Origin: a virus
Lineage: Duplodnaviria; Caudoviricetes
DNA length: 36,404 nt
Reading direction: 5' to 3' (one strand)
Virus record (IMG/VR): IMGVR_UViG_3300016667_000112
Coordinates: 1 to 36,404 of that record
Shown piece by piece: positions 1-9,194 of this stretch. The position numbers and the translations under genes are program-made. Position 1 is the stretch's first letter. Each line of letters begins with the position of its first letter. Under the pieces are notes generated by a model that saw only the letters and a list, made by a program, of their open reading frames with translations, had not been told where the DNA came from and made no database searches.

Positions 1-472
1 GCTGTTGGCGCTGTTGACCACCAACACGGCCTAGAGCCTCCATGATTGGAGCATTCAACACCTGCTCAGTAGCAGCTTTAGCTGCGGCTGCTTCATCAAT
101 CGCAGCAATCGGGTAAAGATTCGGATATTGCTCTTGGAACTTTTGAAGCCCCTGAATTTTCATCTGCGCTTGCTGACGCTTTAGAGCGGCATCAGCAATT
201 TGCTGTTGCATCATCAAGTTCTGCGTAGCGCCTTGATATGCGCCTTGGCCAGCTTGGAAGCCGCCAGCCAATGCGCCAAGGATGTTTTGAGCAGCAGTGC
301 GTCGAGGACCATACGGAGCCATGCCACCAGCCAGCGTGATAGCAGCACCTAGCAAGCCCTGAACGTTCGCGCGTTTTTGCAGCGCAGCAGATTCTTCCTC
401 TCCCAATAGCCCCGGAAGATATGACGGCATATTGCCGCCAAAAAAATTAGGAATGTAATCTTCAATGGCCAT
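1..472 (-). CDS. Ejection / DNA-transfer (internal virion) protein, 5' part; continues across the window end into 35302..36404
   Basis: Not in the ORF track. ATG at 472 (MAIEDYIPNFFGGNMPSYLPGLLGEEESAALQKRANVQGLLGAA...) stays open to base 1 and joins 36404 in frame; Ala/Gly/Gln-rich; lies in the ejection gene block. Confidence 0.8.
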   Translation of the reverse strand, partial: MAIEDYIPNFFGGNMPSYLPGLLGEEESAALQKRANVQGLLGAAITLAGGMAPYGPRRTAAQNILGALAGGFQAGQGAYQGATQNLMMQQQIADAALKRQQAQMKIQGLQKFQEQYPNLYPIAAIDEAAAAKAATEQVLNAPIMEALGRVGGQQRQQ

Positions 473-479
473 ATATCAC

Positions 480-1028
480 CTAGATTAGAGAAATGCGGTT
501 CTGCGGCATAAACGGCTGTTGCGGCATTTGTGCATATTGATTCATCATTTCTAGCAAACCAGCATTACCGCCAGATACACCACCGCTTTGTGGCTGTTGA
601 GGTTGCAATGAACTCATTGCTGTTTCATATCCCATTTGGGTCAACATTGGATTTTGATTCATCCAAGAAGAAAGACCTCCAGCGCCAGCAGCGCCTGCAC
701 CAGCAGTTCCTGCTCCAACAGCACCACCGGTAAGAGCAGTTTGACCAGCAAGACCAACGCTACCGTATCCACCACCTAAGAATCCACCTCCACCAGCACC
801 AATTCCAGTAGCACCAGCTCCAGTAGCACCAATTCCAGTAGCACCAGCTCCTGCAGCTCCAGCTCCAGTAGCACCAGCTCCTGCAGCTCCAGCGCCCATA
901 GCTCCAAGCGCAGCGCCACCTCCAGCGCCCAATAATCCACCCATCAATGCGCCTTGCATTGGATTTCTCTTGTTAGCCATAGCGCCAGCTACAGCACCAA
1001 TTGCCATTGGAATCAAAATAGGAAACAT
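480..1028 (-). CDS. Gly/Ala-rich ejection (pilot) protein, P22 gp7-like position
   Basis: Hydrophobic N-terminus MFPILIPMAIGAVAGA, GAxGA repeats, stop/start coupled to the upstream gene. Confidence 0.6.
   Translation of the reverse strand: MFPILIPMAIGAVAGAMANKRNPMQGALMGGLLGAGGGAALGAMGAGAAGAGATGAGAAGAGATGIGATGAGATGIGAGGGGFLGGGYGSVGLAGQTALTGGAVGAGTAGAGAAGAGGLSSWMNQNPMLTQMGYETAMSSLQPQQPQSGGVSGGNAGLLEMMNQYAQMPQQPFMPQNRISLI
797..895. repeat. 15-bp-unit tandem repeat encoding GA(T/A)G(A/I) pentapeptides
   Basis: Units such as gcaccagctccagta / gcaccaattccagta / gcaccagctcctgca repeated in tandem. Confidence 0.85.
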
Positions 1029-2047
1029 TATTTTCCACCTCCAGAAGCCGCTACTGTACCCATTGGGAATCCGCTAATAGCAGATTGGTAACGCGCAAGG
1101 TTTTGCCAAGGAGCGTTTTGCTCATAGTTCCAACGTGCCATTTGGTCTTGCAACGCAGCATTATCATAGCCCTCACGAGCCTGACCAACCATCAGCAGTT
1201 TTTGCATATCAAGATAATCTTGTTCTGCCAATTGAGGCGACAATTGTGCTGCTTGTAGTTGGCGATTCAAATCAGCATTACTCATCTGACCAGCAGCACC
1301 CAATGCCGCAAGTTGGTTAGCAATTCCTTGCTGTGCGCCAGCAGAAAGCCCACCAGCAGCTGCAAAACGGTTTGCAATGCCTTGTTGCTCATAACCACCT
1401 AGACGGCCAATAGCGGCTTCTTGAGCAGCGCGTTCCGCCGCATAGTTTTGCATATAGGCTTGCTGGTTTTGCTCTGTTAGTGCGCGGGCAAATACGTCTT
1501 GGCCCTTTGCGACCTGCTGGCCCATCGCGCCAGATCCATAGCGACCAGCCGCCGACGCTTGCGATTGAAGCCCGCGCAATCCTTCTTGATACGATTCAGT
1601 GGCGAGTCGGTTAGCTCGAGATAGTGCGCCTTCTAGGTACGGATTGCCGTTAAGGTATTCGCCGGAAGCAGTACGGCGAGTCAACGCCATAGCTTCTTCT
1701 GGACTTGCACCGCTTTCCATAATGGAACGATAGAAGTCTGCGCTAGGGTCAACTGAAGGATTCGCACCCAATGCAGCAATCTGAGCAGCATAAGGGTTTG
1801 TTGCGCTCATTAGGTTGCCAGCCGCGCTTTGTGCTTGCTTAAGCAACGGAGAGCCAGCCATAGCTCGCTGCTCTGCAAGATTAAGTGCTTGAGTAGTCGC
1901 CTCAGACGGAGAAATGTATGTTTGGCCGGGGAAAAACTGCGGGCCACCAGATTCATACAGTTTTTGAGCCTCTTGATACCCTTGAAGAATATAAGGTTGA
2001 GCCTCTTCCCAGGGTTTGGTAGTAGTAGTACCGCCGCCACCGCCCAT
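1028..2047 (-). CDS. Ejection / internal virion protein
   Basis: MGGGGG start, Q/A/G-rich helical content, ASAAGRYGSG motif; follows the tail genes as in podovirus ejection blocks. Confidence 0.65.
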   Translation of the reverse strand: MGGGGGTTTTKPWEEAQPYILQGYQEAQKLYESGGPQFFPGQTYISPSEATTQALNLAEQRAMAGSPLLKQAQSAAGNLMSATNPYAAQIAALGANPSVDPSADFYRSIMESGASPEEAMALTRRTASGEYLNGNPYLEGALSRANRLATESYQEGLRGLQSQASAAGRYGSGAMGQQVAKGQDVFARALTEQNQQAYMQNYAAERAAQEAAIGRLGGYEQQGIANRFAAAGGLSAGAQQGIANQLAALGAAGQMSNADLNRQLQAAQLSPQLAEQDYLDMQKLLMVGQAREGYDNAALQDQMARWNYEQNAPWQNLARYQSAISGFPMGTVAASGGGK

Positions 2048-2049
2048 AA

Positions 2050-2451
2050 TTACACCTCACAAATGTATTGATTAGGGCGGAATCCATAAACAGCCGCCCT
2101 ACGTTGCCAACCTCGACGATGGCTAGAAAACGTCAAATACTTAGCTCCAACTTGACCTGCTAAAGCTTTTATGTATTTTAAGCCTTCGTCAACTATTTGA
2201 TAATTGTTTTCTAGCGTCCAAGCAGCCCAAACATGAACTTTCGAATCATTATTCTGTAATACAAAAAAACCAGCAAAACGCTGATTTTCAATAACTACCC
2301 ATAAACTCGACACTTTATTGAAGCAATCTGTATACACATCCTCTGGTATCCAATTTTCAGGACTATGCGACTTAATAATGTCTAGCCCTTTTCTGATACT
2401 AGGCCACCATTTCCGCAACTCGCTTGGCTCAATGTATTTAAATTCTGTCAT
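2050..2451 (-). CDS. GNAT-like virion assembly protein (P22 gp14 / T7 gp13-like position)
   Basis: 133 aa between tail and ejection genes; LTFSSHRRGWQRRAAVYGF resembles the GNAT C-terminal motif. Confidence 0.55.
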   Translation of the reverse strand: MTEFKYIEPSELRKWWPSIRKGLDIIKSHSPENWIPEDVYTDCFNKVSSLWVVIENQRFAGFFVLQNNDSKVHVWAAWTLENNYQIVDEGLKYIKALAGQVGAKYLTFSSHRRGWQRRAAVYGFRPNQYICEV

Positions 2452-3236
2452 CCAACGATGATGTATCCGTAAGTTTTGTCGGCTGTGTCGTTAGCCCAAT
2501 GGGTTAATGTGGCTTGCCCTTGTTGTTGTGCGCTAACATATACATTACTTGATGCAGATGGCGCAATGTATTGTACAGTAGCAATTGCAGATGGGATAGC
2601 AGGGCGCGTAGGACTAGATTCTGCCGCGAAATATTCCATAGAAATATCTGTGCTAGTTGTCCGCCATAGTACTTCTACATAATCTGCAGCAACAACATCA
2701 ACAAACAAGTTCATTGATGCAATCAAATGACTAGGATCGCCGGTACTTTTCCGCGCTGGAATATGGAATCGGCTATTTGAGTCTGCAATATTTGTACCAT
2801 TTTTGGTAAACCAAATATCTACATCCTGGCCATCATTTGATGCGTTTTTAAACTGCAAAGAAAATTGAATGTTATAAACGCCATTATTCCTAAAGTTCAT
2901 TCTTGAGGAATTTGAAACGTAAACACCATTTTCTTCGGCAGTAGTGTTATAAGTTACTGCATATGCAGTTGTAGTAGATGCTGCTGTCTGGTCTACGGTC
3001 GAATAAAACGATCCATAAGGCGCTGAATCTTCATATGCTGCTGAAGATACGGGAACTAGAAAAATAAGGCTCTCATAACCTATACGCTCGTCATAAATAG
3101 TAGTTGTGGTGGCGTTTCCAGTGGATAAAGTAATCGTTCCAGTATTATTTGTTTTGCCATCCATTATTCCGCGAACAATCTCTGCTACATTTCGCGGATC
3201 GTTGCCAAACATCGGCAATGTGCGGAACTTAGTCAT
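2448..3236 (-). CDS. Tail needle/knob-like protein with internal C1q/TNF-like beta domain
   Basis: GVYNIQFSLQF, VDIWFTKNG and DYVEVLW strands are typical of C1q/BclA-type jelly rolls; directly after the tail hub gene. Confidence 0.55.
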   Translation of the reverse strand: MTKFRTLPMFGNDPRNVAEIVRGIMDGKTNNTGTITLSTGNATTTTIYDERIGYESLIFLVPVSSAAYEDSAPYGSFYSTVDQTAASTTTAYAVTYNTTAEENGVYVSNSSRMNFRNNGVYNIQFSLQFKNASNDGQDVDIWFTKNGTNIADSNSRFHIPARKSTGDPSHLIASMNLFVDVVAADYVEVLWRTTSTDISMEYFAAESSPTRPAIPSAIATVQYIAPSASSNVYVSAQQQGQATLTHWANDTADKTYGYIIVG

Positions 3237-4894
3237 CGCGTACCCTGCTGGAAGTATTCAACCTCAACGCCAACAGCCGTTGTCCAGCCAGTGCCAGTTG
3301 GCTTTACCCTGACTCGATGGTAATTCCCGTTAGAACGCAGAGAAACCCTATTCTCTGCATCAGCAGACACAAAATTACCGTAGCTTATGGTTTGGTCAAG
3401 CAGCACTCGAGAGCCAACTGCCACATCAGCAGAGCCATTATCCACAATAGGCTTGGCAAGGCTAATCATGCTACGCCCAAAGTCCAAATCATTGGACGTT
3501 ATGTATGCCGTTTGATTGCCGCCAGTAAAACCATAAATCTGCTGCCCTTGTACTCCACCCAAGAACCAAGAGCCGCCTGCGTATGCTCGGTCGTCAAGAC
3601 TCGCAGTTAGATTATCAATAGAAGGCAGCGATATGACGCAGTTTGACGTAGAAATAGCGCCACTAGCCACGGTTGTTAGTGTAAACGTATTAGCATCAAC
3701 TACCGTAATTTGGTAAAAGCCATCGGCCGCACCCCCGCTAGTTGCGTCAAAATAAACAAACGCATTAGTCTGAAGTTTATGATTCGTAAGATTAACGGTT
3801 ACAGTTGTTCCTGTTCGCTCATACGTTCCATTTTGTGTGTTTTGCCCTGGCGTAATCGAAATCTTATCAAGACTTTCAAGCGTAGAAGATGAAGTAACAA
3901 GATACGCCAACGATTCGACGTTTTCTTCAGAGTAAGACCATTTATCAACCTGAGCGTTATAAATTAAAAGTTTATTGCCAGAGTTAGTCGGCACAACCCA
4001 GATAATCAACGAGCGAATTGGGTCAATAGTTGCGCTCATCTTGGCTTGAATCAAATCAGGGGCAGCGTTAGAAAAGAACCAGCGGTTAACCTTTTCTGCA
4101 CCGATTGGCGATACGGTTTGCCCATTGCAAACATAGAATCCGTCATCAGCAAGGAAATAGGTTTTGTCAGCTAGTTGAGCAATTGAACCATTAGAGATAC
4201 ATCCAATAGCCCTAGAAATAGCGTCAAACTGGAAAAAGAACGGGCTACCAGCATATGTCATGCGGTAAATTGCACGTTCAAGGAACACTAGACCATATTC
4301 GCCGCCCGCCAATCCAGTAATGTCGCCACCATCCGGCAAAACCTGCAAATCGGCTTGGCTAGACGATGATTGTGTCCAGTTTGTTTCGTTGTTAATGTCG
4401 CTCCAATAGACGGTTGACTCTGCTCCAGCGACGCTACCAGCAACAACGAAATCACGAACAACGGTTACATATTTAGCCGTAGGCGCATCAGCCGATAAAT
4501 CAGCAAAAGCAGATGATCCAGCCAAACTAAACGATTGAAGTTTGTTAGAGCCGTTAGCCAAAATCATCTTAGGGCCGAACTGCGTTACATCCCACGATGT
4601 TGCCGCATAGCCACCTGTTTTAGATACGTCAACGTAGTCATTAGTCCCTGCGTCAAACTTGTAAATCGCCGCAGAAGAAGCAGCAAATAGGTTATTTTGG
4701 CCAGCAAACTTACCCGCAAACGCTATTTGTAATGTTTCTCCTGCCGTTGTTTCAGCATTTGGATATGGCTCAATAGAGTTAAGCGCAGCATAGCCATTGG
4801 CTACAGGATAGCAATTAACAGCTTCTGTGACGCTGCCAGAGATACCAGGCTGGTCAGGAGTCCACGCACCAAAAATTATCCTTGTCTTAGCCAT
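3233..4894 (-). CDS. Tail hub / DNA stabilisation protein (P22 gp10-like beta-propeller)
   Basis: 553 aa beta-rich; VYWSDINN, GCISNGSI, YFLADDGFY and IGAEKVNRWF motifs; synteny. Confidence 0.75.
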   Translation of the reverse strand: MAKTRIIFGAWTPDQPGISGSVTEAVNCYPVANGYAALNSIEPYPNAETTAGETLQIAFAGKFAGQNNLFAASSAAIYKFDAGTNDYVDVSKTGGYAATSWDVTQFGPKMILANGSNKLQSFSLAGSSAFADLSADAPTAKYVTVVRDFVVAGSVAGAESTVYWSDINNETNWTQSSSSQADLQVLPDGGDITGLAGGEYGLVFLERAIYRMTYAGSPFFFQFDAISRAIGCISNGSIAQLADKTYFLADDGFYVCNGQTVSPIGAEKVNRWFFSNAAPDLIQAKMSATIDPIRSLIIWVVPTNSGNKLLIYNAQVDKWSYSEENVESLAYLVTSSSTLESLDKISITPGQNTQNGTYERTGTTVTVNLTNHKLQTNAFVYFDATSGGAADGFYQITVVDANTFTLTTVASGAISTSNCVISLPSIDNLTASLDDRAYAGGSWFLGGVQGQQIYGFTGGNQTAYITSNDLDFGRSMISLAKPIVDNGSADVAVGSRVLLDQTISYGNFVSADAENRVSLRSNGNYHRVRVKPTGTGWTTAVGVEVEYFQQGTR

Positions 4895-5346
4895 ATATCA
4901 CTTCCAGCAACTTGTTTTGTCCATTCTTCACCAAAGATATACCCAATGCCAGATACGGTTGTAAGACTAGAAATTGAAGGGTTTGTGTAATGCGTTACAA
5001 CTGCTTGGCAAGATACTGTAGCACCTGCTGTTACGTTAATTGGTAAGTCTCGATCAACAAAAGCATCAGCAGATACATTCGTTGTTGCGCTTACTGATGC
5101 AACGCCATTTTTTGTATATCCACCAATAGCGGATATTGTTGCCGATGATGTTATTGAAGCAGAAGCCTCAATAAGTTTATAGGCAATTGCTGTAACAGTT
5201 CCTGTCGCTGTAATTGATGCGGAGCCTTCAACTGCGCCAACTTGTGCCGTTACCGTAGCAGTCGCAGTAATCGCAGCCGAAACATCTACAATCCTTTCAC
5301 CAAAGGATGCTAGTGTTGCAGACGATAACGGAGTAAAACCAAGCAT
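4876..5346 (-). CDS. Ala/Thr/Ser-rich structural (fibre-associated) protein
   Basis: MLGFTPLSSATLAS N-terminus, repeated ASITATxTV units; RBS GGAG upstream. Confidence 0.6.
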   Translation of the reverse strand: MLGFTPLSSATLASFGERIVDVSAAITATATVTAQVGAVEGSASITATGTVTAIAYKLIEASASITSSATISAIGGYTKNGVASVSATTNVSADAFVDRDLPINVTAGATVSCQAVVTHYTNPSISSLTTVSGIGYIFGEEWTKQVAGSDIWLRQG

Positions 5347-5382
5347 TTAAGGCTCCTGCGGCCAAACTACATTAAAAACAAT

Positions 5383-6417
5383 TTATGCAAACATCATAAA
5401 GAAGTTTCCATTTGATGACGGCAGAACGGTATAAGTGATAATAATTGCGCCCTGTGCGCCATTACCACCTACACCAGAAGTCGTGTTGCCGTTACCGCCA
5501 CCGCCTCCACCGCCGCCATAATTGCCAGCAGCAGAACCTGCGCCACCTGTTGCATTAGTTGAGTTTGTCGTGCCGCCGCCACCGCCACCACCGCCGCCAG
5601 AGCCAGCAGTTCCGCCAGCGGAAATTGCGTATTCAGTGCCAGCGCCACCAGAGCCACCTGCTCCTCCAGTCGCATTAGTTACGTTAGGCGCTGCACCACC
5701 GCCGCCACCACCCGCTCCATTTGCTCCAGAACCACCAGGATTACCGTTTGATGTGCCAACAGTGCCTCCAGTGCCGCCGGACGCGCTTGAGTAACTTAGT
5801 CCACCATCGCCACCAGCACTCGGCTTCGTAGACGATGATGCTGCGCCCGCACCGCCTACGCCGCCGCCGCCACCACCACCAGTTTGTTCGCTAGCTCCAG
5901 ACGCACCTCCAACATTGCCAGCACCAAGAGAAGAAGCAGCAGATCCTCCGCCGCCACCACCAGCCCTATTGCTTGAAGATGTAGACCCACCAGCGCCGCC
6001 AGCATAAGTTGTTGACCCTACAGCGCCAGTTGTTGATCCAGCTGTTCCGCCTGTTTGAGATGCAGCGCCGCCGCCGCCACCATTAGCAACAACACCATTA
6101 GAAGATAGAGTTGGAGCGGCATTGGTTGCTTTGTTAAACCATGTTTGCCCACCAGAAGTACCAGCGGTATTAGCAGCAGTAGCGCCAGTTCCAGCGCCAC
6201 CAATAGAATAATAAGCGGTTGAAATTCCAGAAAGACTAATAGACGATTGCGACCAACCGCCACCACCACCGCCACCTGCACCTCGGCTATTGTTTGATCC
6301 TCGACCACCGCCGCCGCCGCCACCAATAGCAATAACAGTTACGTTAGCTGATGTATCAAGGTCAGCAGGAACAGTCCACGATGTTCCAGATGTTAAAAGT
6401 ACGGTTTTTGTCGCCAT
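5383..6417 (-). CDS. Glycine-rich adhesin-like protein (polyglycine repeats)
   Basis: TSWTVPA...VIAIGGGGGGG start, many GGGGG runs, GGNGAQGAIIITY end, then aromatic tail GNFFMMFA. Confidence 0.7.
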   Translation of the reverse strand: MATKTVLLTSGTSWTVPADLDTSANVTVIAIGGGGGGGRGSNNSRGAGGGGGGGWSQSSISLSGISTAYYSIGGAGTGATAANTAGTSGGQTWFNKATNAAPTLSSNGVVANGGGGGAASQTGGTAGSTTGAVGSTTYAGGAGGSTSSSNRAGGGGGGSAASSLGAGNVGGASGASEQTGGGGGGGVGGAGAASSSTKPSAGGDGGLSYSSASGGTGGTVGTSNGNPGGSGANGAGGGGGGAAPNVTNATGGAGGSGGAGTEYAISAGGTAGSGGGGGGGGGTTNSTNATGGAGSAAGNYGGGGGGGGNGNTTSGVGGNGAQGAIIITYTVLPSSNGNFFMMFA

Positions 6418-6603
6418 TTATGGCTCCACGACAGGAGGATTAGGGCTTATAAAATTATTTCCATCCAAAACCCACCCAATATCAACTGACATATCTACTT
6501 GCTCAACAAGATAGCATCCAATCGGAGCCATATCCGTTGGTTCAGCAACAATGCGGTTTACCACTGTTTTTGTGACCTCATCAATGACAAGACAAACAGC
6601 CAT
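6418..6603 (-). CDS. Small fibre/adhesin partner protein, 61 aa
   Basis: ATG at 6603 with upstream GAGG; VVNRIVA...VDIGWVLDGNNFISP pattern typical of small genes beside Gly-rich fibre genes. Confidence 0.6.
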   Translation of the reverse strand: MAVCLVIDEVTKTVVNRIVAEPTDMAPIGCYLVEQVDMSVDIGWVLDGNNFISPNPPVVEP

Positions 6604-6605
6604 TG

Positions 6606-7526
6606 TTATGCCTCTTGAGACAAAGCAACAATTTCCCACCTAGAACTTCCGGTGTTGTAAATGCAACCAAAATAGGTAGTTTTATTAATGGTTAGCGTAT
6701 AAGTAAAATCACTGCCACTTGTCGTCAACGTAACACCAACTGGTTTAAATCCTTTGCTTACACCGCCAGTAAATGTGATAGTCCGCGCTGTGCCATCGCA
6801 AGTTAGACGAAAAATCATCTTTTGGCCGTTTGTCGGGCCAGTAGTAGCGGCATCTGCACTAATTGTTAGCGCACCAGCTTGAGCCGTAGCAGCATATAAA
6901 TCAAAATTGTCGCTGTTCCATGCAAGGGGCGAACTTATGCTAGTGGTTGAGCTAACTCTTGCGGTAATGGTTTTGTTAGTTAGCGTTTCAATTCCGGCAA
7001 TCGTAGCAAAATCAGCATCAGTAACCGCAGTATTAAACTGCGCGATTGTTCCTGATACCGTATTACTGCCAAGAGCAATGGTTTTGTTCGTCAGAGTCTG
7101 ACTATCGCTAGTTCCAACCACCGTACCACTAGGCGCGGTCTTGCTAGCCCAAGTCGTCAGATCGGCGTCATAAGCCTGAACATCAGTGCCAATCTTTAGG
7201 CCAACAACATCTCCAGCAGAGTCTTTATAAACAGCTTTGCCAGCCGGATAAGTTGCAAACACTTCTTTCGTGCCAGCGGCAAAATTTACCAAACTGCCGC
7301 TATTGGACGATGCCAGCACTGTGTCTCGTGAAAGCGTTCCAGTTCCTACGGTTCCAAGCCCGACTTCCCAAGCAGAGTCGAGCGTAATGGCGTAGTAACA
7401 AGTATTGCCGCTTCCAATCGCTGTACCAAACGTCTGATAGCCGGTAGCAGCGCCGCCCAGAGTAAGTGTGCCTGTGCCGGTCGTGGTGGACGTTTCCTTA
7501 ACCCGGTCAGCGATAACGAGCGCCAT
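6606..7526 (-). CDS. Tail fibre-like structural protein
   Basis: MALVIADRVKETSTTTGTG N-terminus, IGTDVQAYDADL and two TLTNKT repeats. Confidence 0.7.
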   Translation of the reverse strand: MALVIADRVKETSTTTGTGTLTLGGAATGYQTFGTAIGSGNTCYYAITLDSAWEVGLGTVGTGTLSRDTVLASSNSGSLVNFAAGTKEVFATYPAGKAVYKDSAGDVVGLKIGTDVQAYDADLTTWASKTAPSGTVVGTSDSQTLTNKTIALGSNTVSGTIAQFNTAVTDADFATIAGIETLTNKTITARVSSTTSISSPLAWNSDNFDLYAATAQAGALTISADAATTGPTNGQKMIFRLTCDGTARTITFTGGVSKGFKPVGVTLTTSGSDFTYTLTINKTTYFGCIYNTGSSRWEIVALSQEA

Positions 7527-7529
7527 AGA

Positions 7530-7916
7530 TTACTCCAGAGTTACGGACAGGTTGCCGGTCGAAATCGTGAAAATGTCGCCGCTAGTGATGGTTTTCGACG
7601 TATCAAGCGGAGTATGGAACAGCAGGTTACCGCTGGTAGACGCATCCATAATGCCAATGTGCGTTACAGTACCCCAGGAGCCGGTAGCAGTAGGGAACGT
7701 AACAGCGCCGCTATTCGTGCTAACACCGTTGCTCGGAGCGCCAAACGTCACCGCAGTGCGTTGATACGCATTACCAGACACTTCAGTGCCAGTATTTGCA
7801 TCAGTCGGGTCAGTGGTAAACAGTGCAACATACACGGTAGCCGGGCTAGTATATGTAGTATTACGGAGAACCGCGTTAATCATCGCATTCTCAAGATAGT
7901 TCGACATTTCTGCCAT
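7530..7916 (-). CDS. Conserved small virion/fibre-base protein
   Basis: MSNYLEN...YVALFTTDP...EVSGNAYQR...FPTATGSWGTVTH motif set. Confidence 0.7.
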   Translation of the reverse strand: MAEMSNYLENAMINAVLRNTTYTSPATVYVALFTTDPTDANTGTEVSGNAYQRTAVTFGAPSNGVSTNSGAVTFPTATGSWGTVTHIGIMDASTSGNLLFHTPLDTSKTITSGDIFTISTGNLSVTLE

Positions 7917-7924
7917 GATTCACC

Positions 7925-8539
7925 TCAATTAAAAGTCATTACCATAGGCTGGCCACTATACTCGCCACCCTGATCTGCGTTAGAAATAGAAGCAATAGAA
8001 CGCTCATACAGAGCAGCCCATGTTTGTATTCGTGCATCATTCATCAAATAAGGCTCTGCCTCAGCCAACGAAGCATAAAGCAGAGCATCAGGGCAATACA
8101 CAAGCCAAACATTGGTAGGAGTATCCGCACTCAACGGCGATGGATTAACGTAATACAACATTTGCAGCGTATAAGTGCTATCGGGCACTGGCGCTAGTTG
8201 CATCTCGTTAGCCAAAACAGTGTAGTTGACTGGCTTTCCAGATTCTTTAGTGCGAGCCTTGCTATAGAAGTTATTAGGAGCCATATAGCTCAGGCTAACA
8301 ACAGGATTGGTATCGAGATGAATGTCGCGCATCTCAAGAAAATCCGTAGGAAGGCCGATAGTTGAGTCACCGGCATTAGTTTGCGCTGTGGCTACAGCCA
8401 ACATCTGGCGGATTCGTAGATCGCGGCTAAGGCGATTCTGAGCCAGTTTAATGAAGTCTGGAATAATGGCGTTCAGGTCACTACGCGCCAAGTAATTGGC
8501 AATCGTAGTTTGTAGTTCTGAGTATGTACTAATTGCCAT
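7925..8539 (-). CDS. Head-tail adaptor (P22 gp4 / T7 gp11-like)
   Basis: TYSELQTTIANYLARSDL...IPDFIKLA...PDALLYASLAEAEPYL. Confidence 0.75.
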   Translation of the reverse strand: MAISTYSELQTTIANYLARSDLNAIIPDFIKLAQNRLSRDLRIRQMLAVATAQTNAGDSTIGLPTDFLEMRDIHLDTNPVVSLSYMAPNNFYSKARTKESGKPVNYTVLANEMQLAPVPDSTYTLQMLYYVNPSPLSADTPTNVWLVYCPDALLYASLAEAEPYLMNDARIQTWAALYERSIASISNADQGGEYSGQPMVMTFN

Positions 8540-8540
8540 G

Positions 8541-9194
8541 TTATTCCTCTAGCTGTTCAAAGTCTTTCCAGCCGTATTCATAAGTACCAATATGGCGGAT
8601 GTGCATCGATAGCTCATGGTCTACATACGTTTCAAAGCCATAATCACCGGCTTTAACGCAGAAATGCACATCCTCACCACAAACACCATTCGGCCCCCAT
8701 CCAGTATCAAACCACGGTCGAGGGATAGCATCAAACACTTCCTTGCGAATCAAGACAGCACCAAAACCAACTGCCGTAACTGCTTGAATGCCTTGTTTGC
8801 CACGGGAATCAATGTTTTCCCACTTGTACACCACTTCTTTGCCATTTTCCTGCTTTGTGAGCAATTTAGCAGTAGGTGTAACAGGTTTTCTACGGGTAGT
8901 AGCGTTAACCCCAACAATAGGCACTTCACGGCTAAGAAGGATAGTAATGATGTCGTGAGGGAATCGCATGTCGCTGTCAATAAACAGAACAGCGTCACAG
9001 CCCTCTTTTAGCGCCACTTCTACCAACTTCTCACGCTGGTCGAAAATAAGCGTTCCAGGCATCGTGTAAAGACTCAATCCACCTTTGCCATCTTTGCATC
9101 GAACCGAAGCATCGTGTGCAGTCATACGAGCAAAGTCAAAAGCAAAGCCAGTCATTACCTCATCACGACACGGCACACATACGCCAACTCTCAT
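8541..9194 (-). CDS. GT-A fold (family 2-like) glycosyltransferase
   Basis: N-terminal strand VGVCVP, DxD motif LFIDSDM, GFGAVLIRKEVF, GEDVHFC. Confidence 0.75.
   Translation of the reverse strand: MRVGVCVPCRDEVMTGFAFDFARMTAHDASVRCKDGKGGLSLYTMPGTLIFDQREKLVEVALKEGCDAVLFIDSDMRFPHDIITILLSREVPIVGVNATTRRKPVTPTAKLLTKQENGKEVVYKWENIDSRGKQGIQAVTAVGFGAVLIRKEVFDAIPRPWFDTGWGPNGVCGEDVHFCVKAGDYGFETYVDHELSMHIRHIGTYEYGWKDFEQLEE

Noticed and set aside
5522-5794. Poly-proline ORFs on the plus strand (also 6290..6514)
   Set aside because: Mirror of poly-Gly codons on the coding strand
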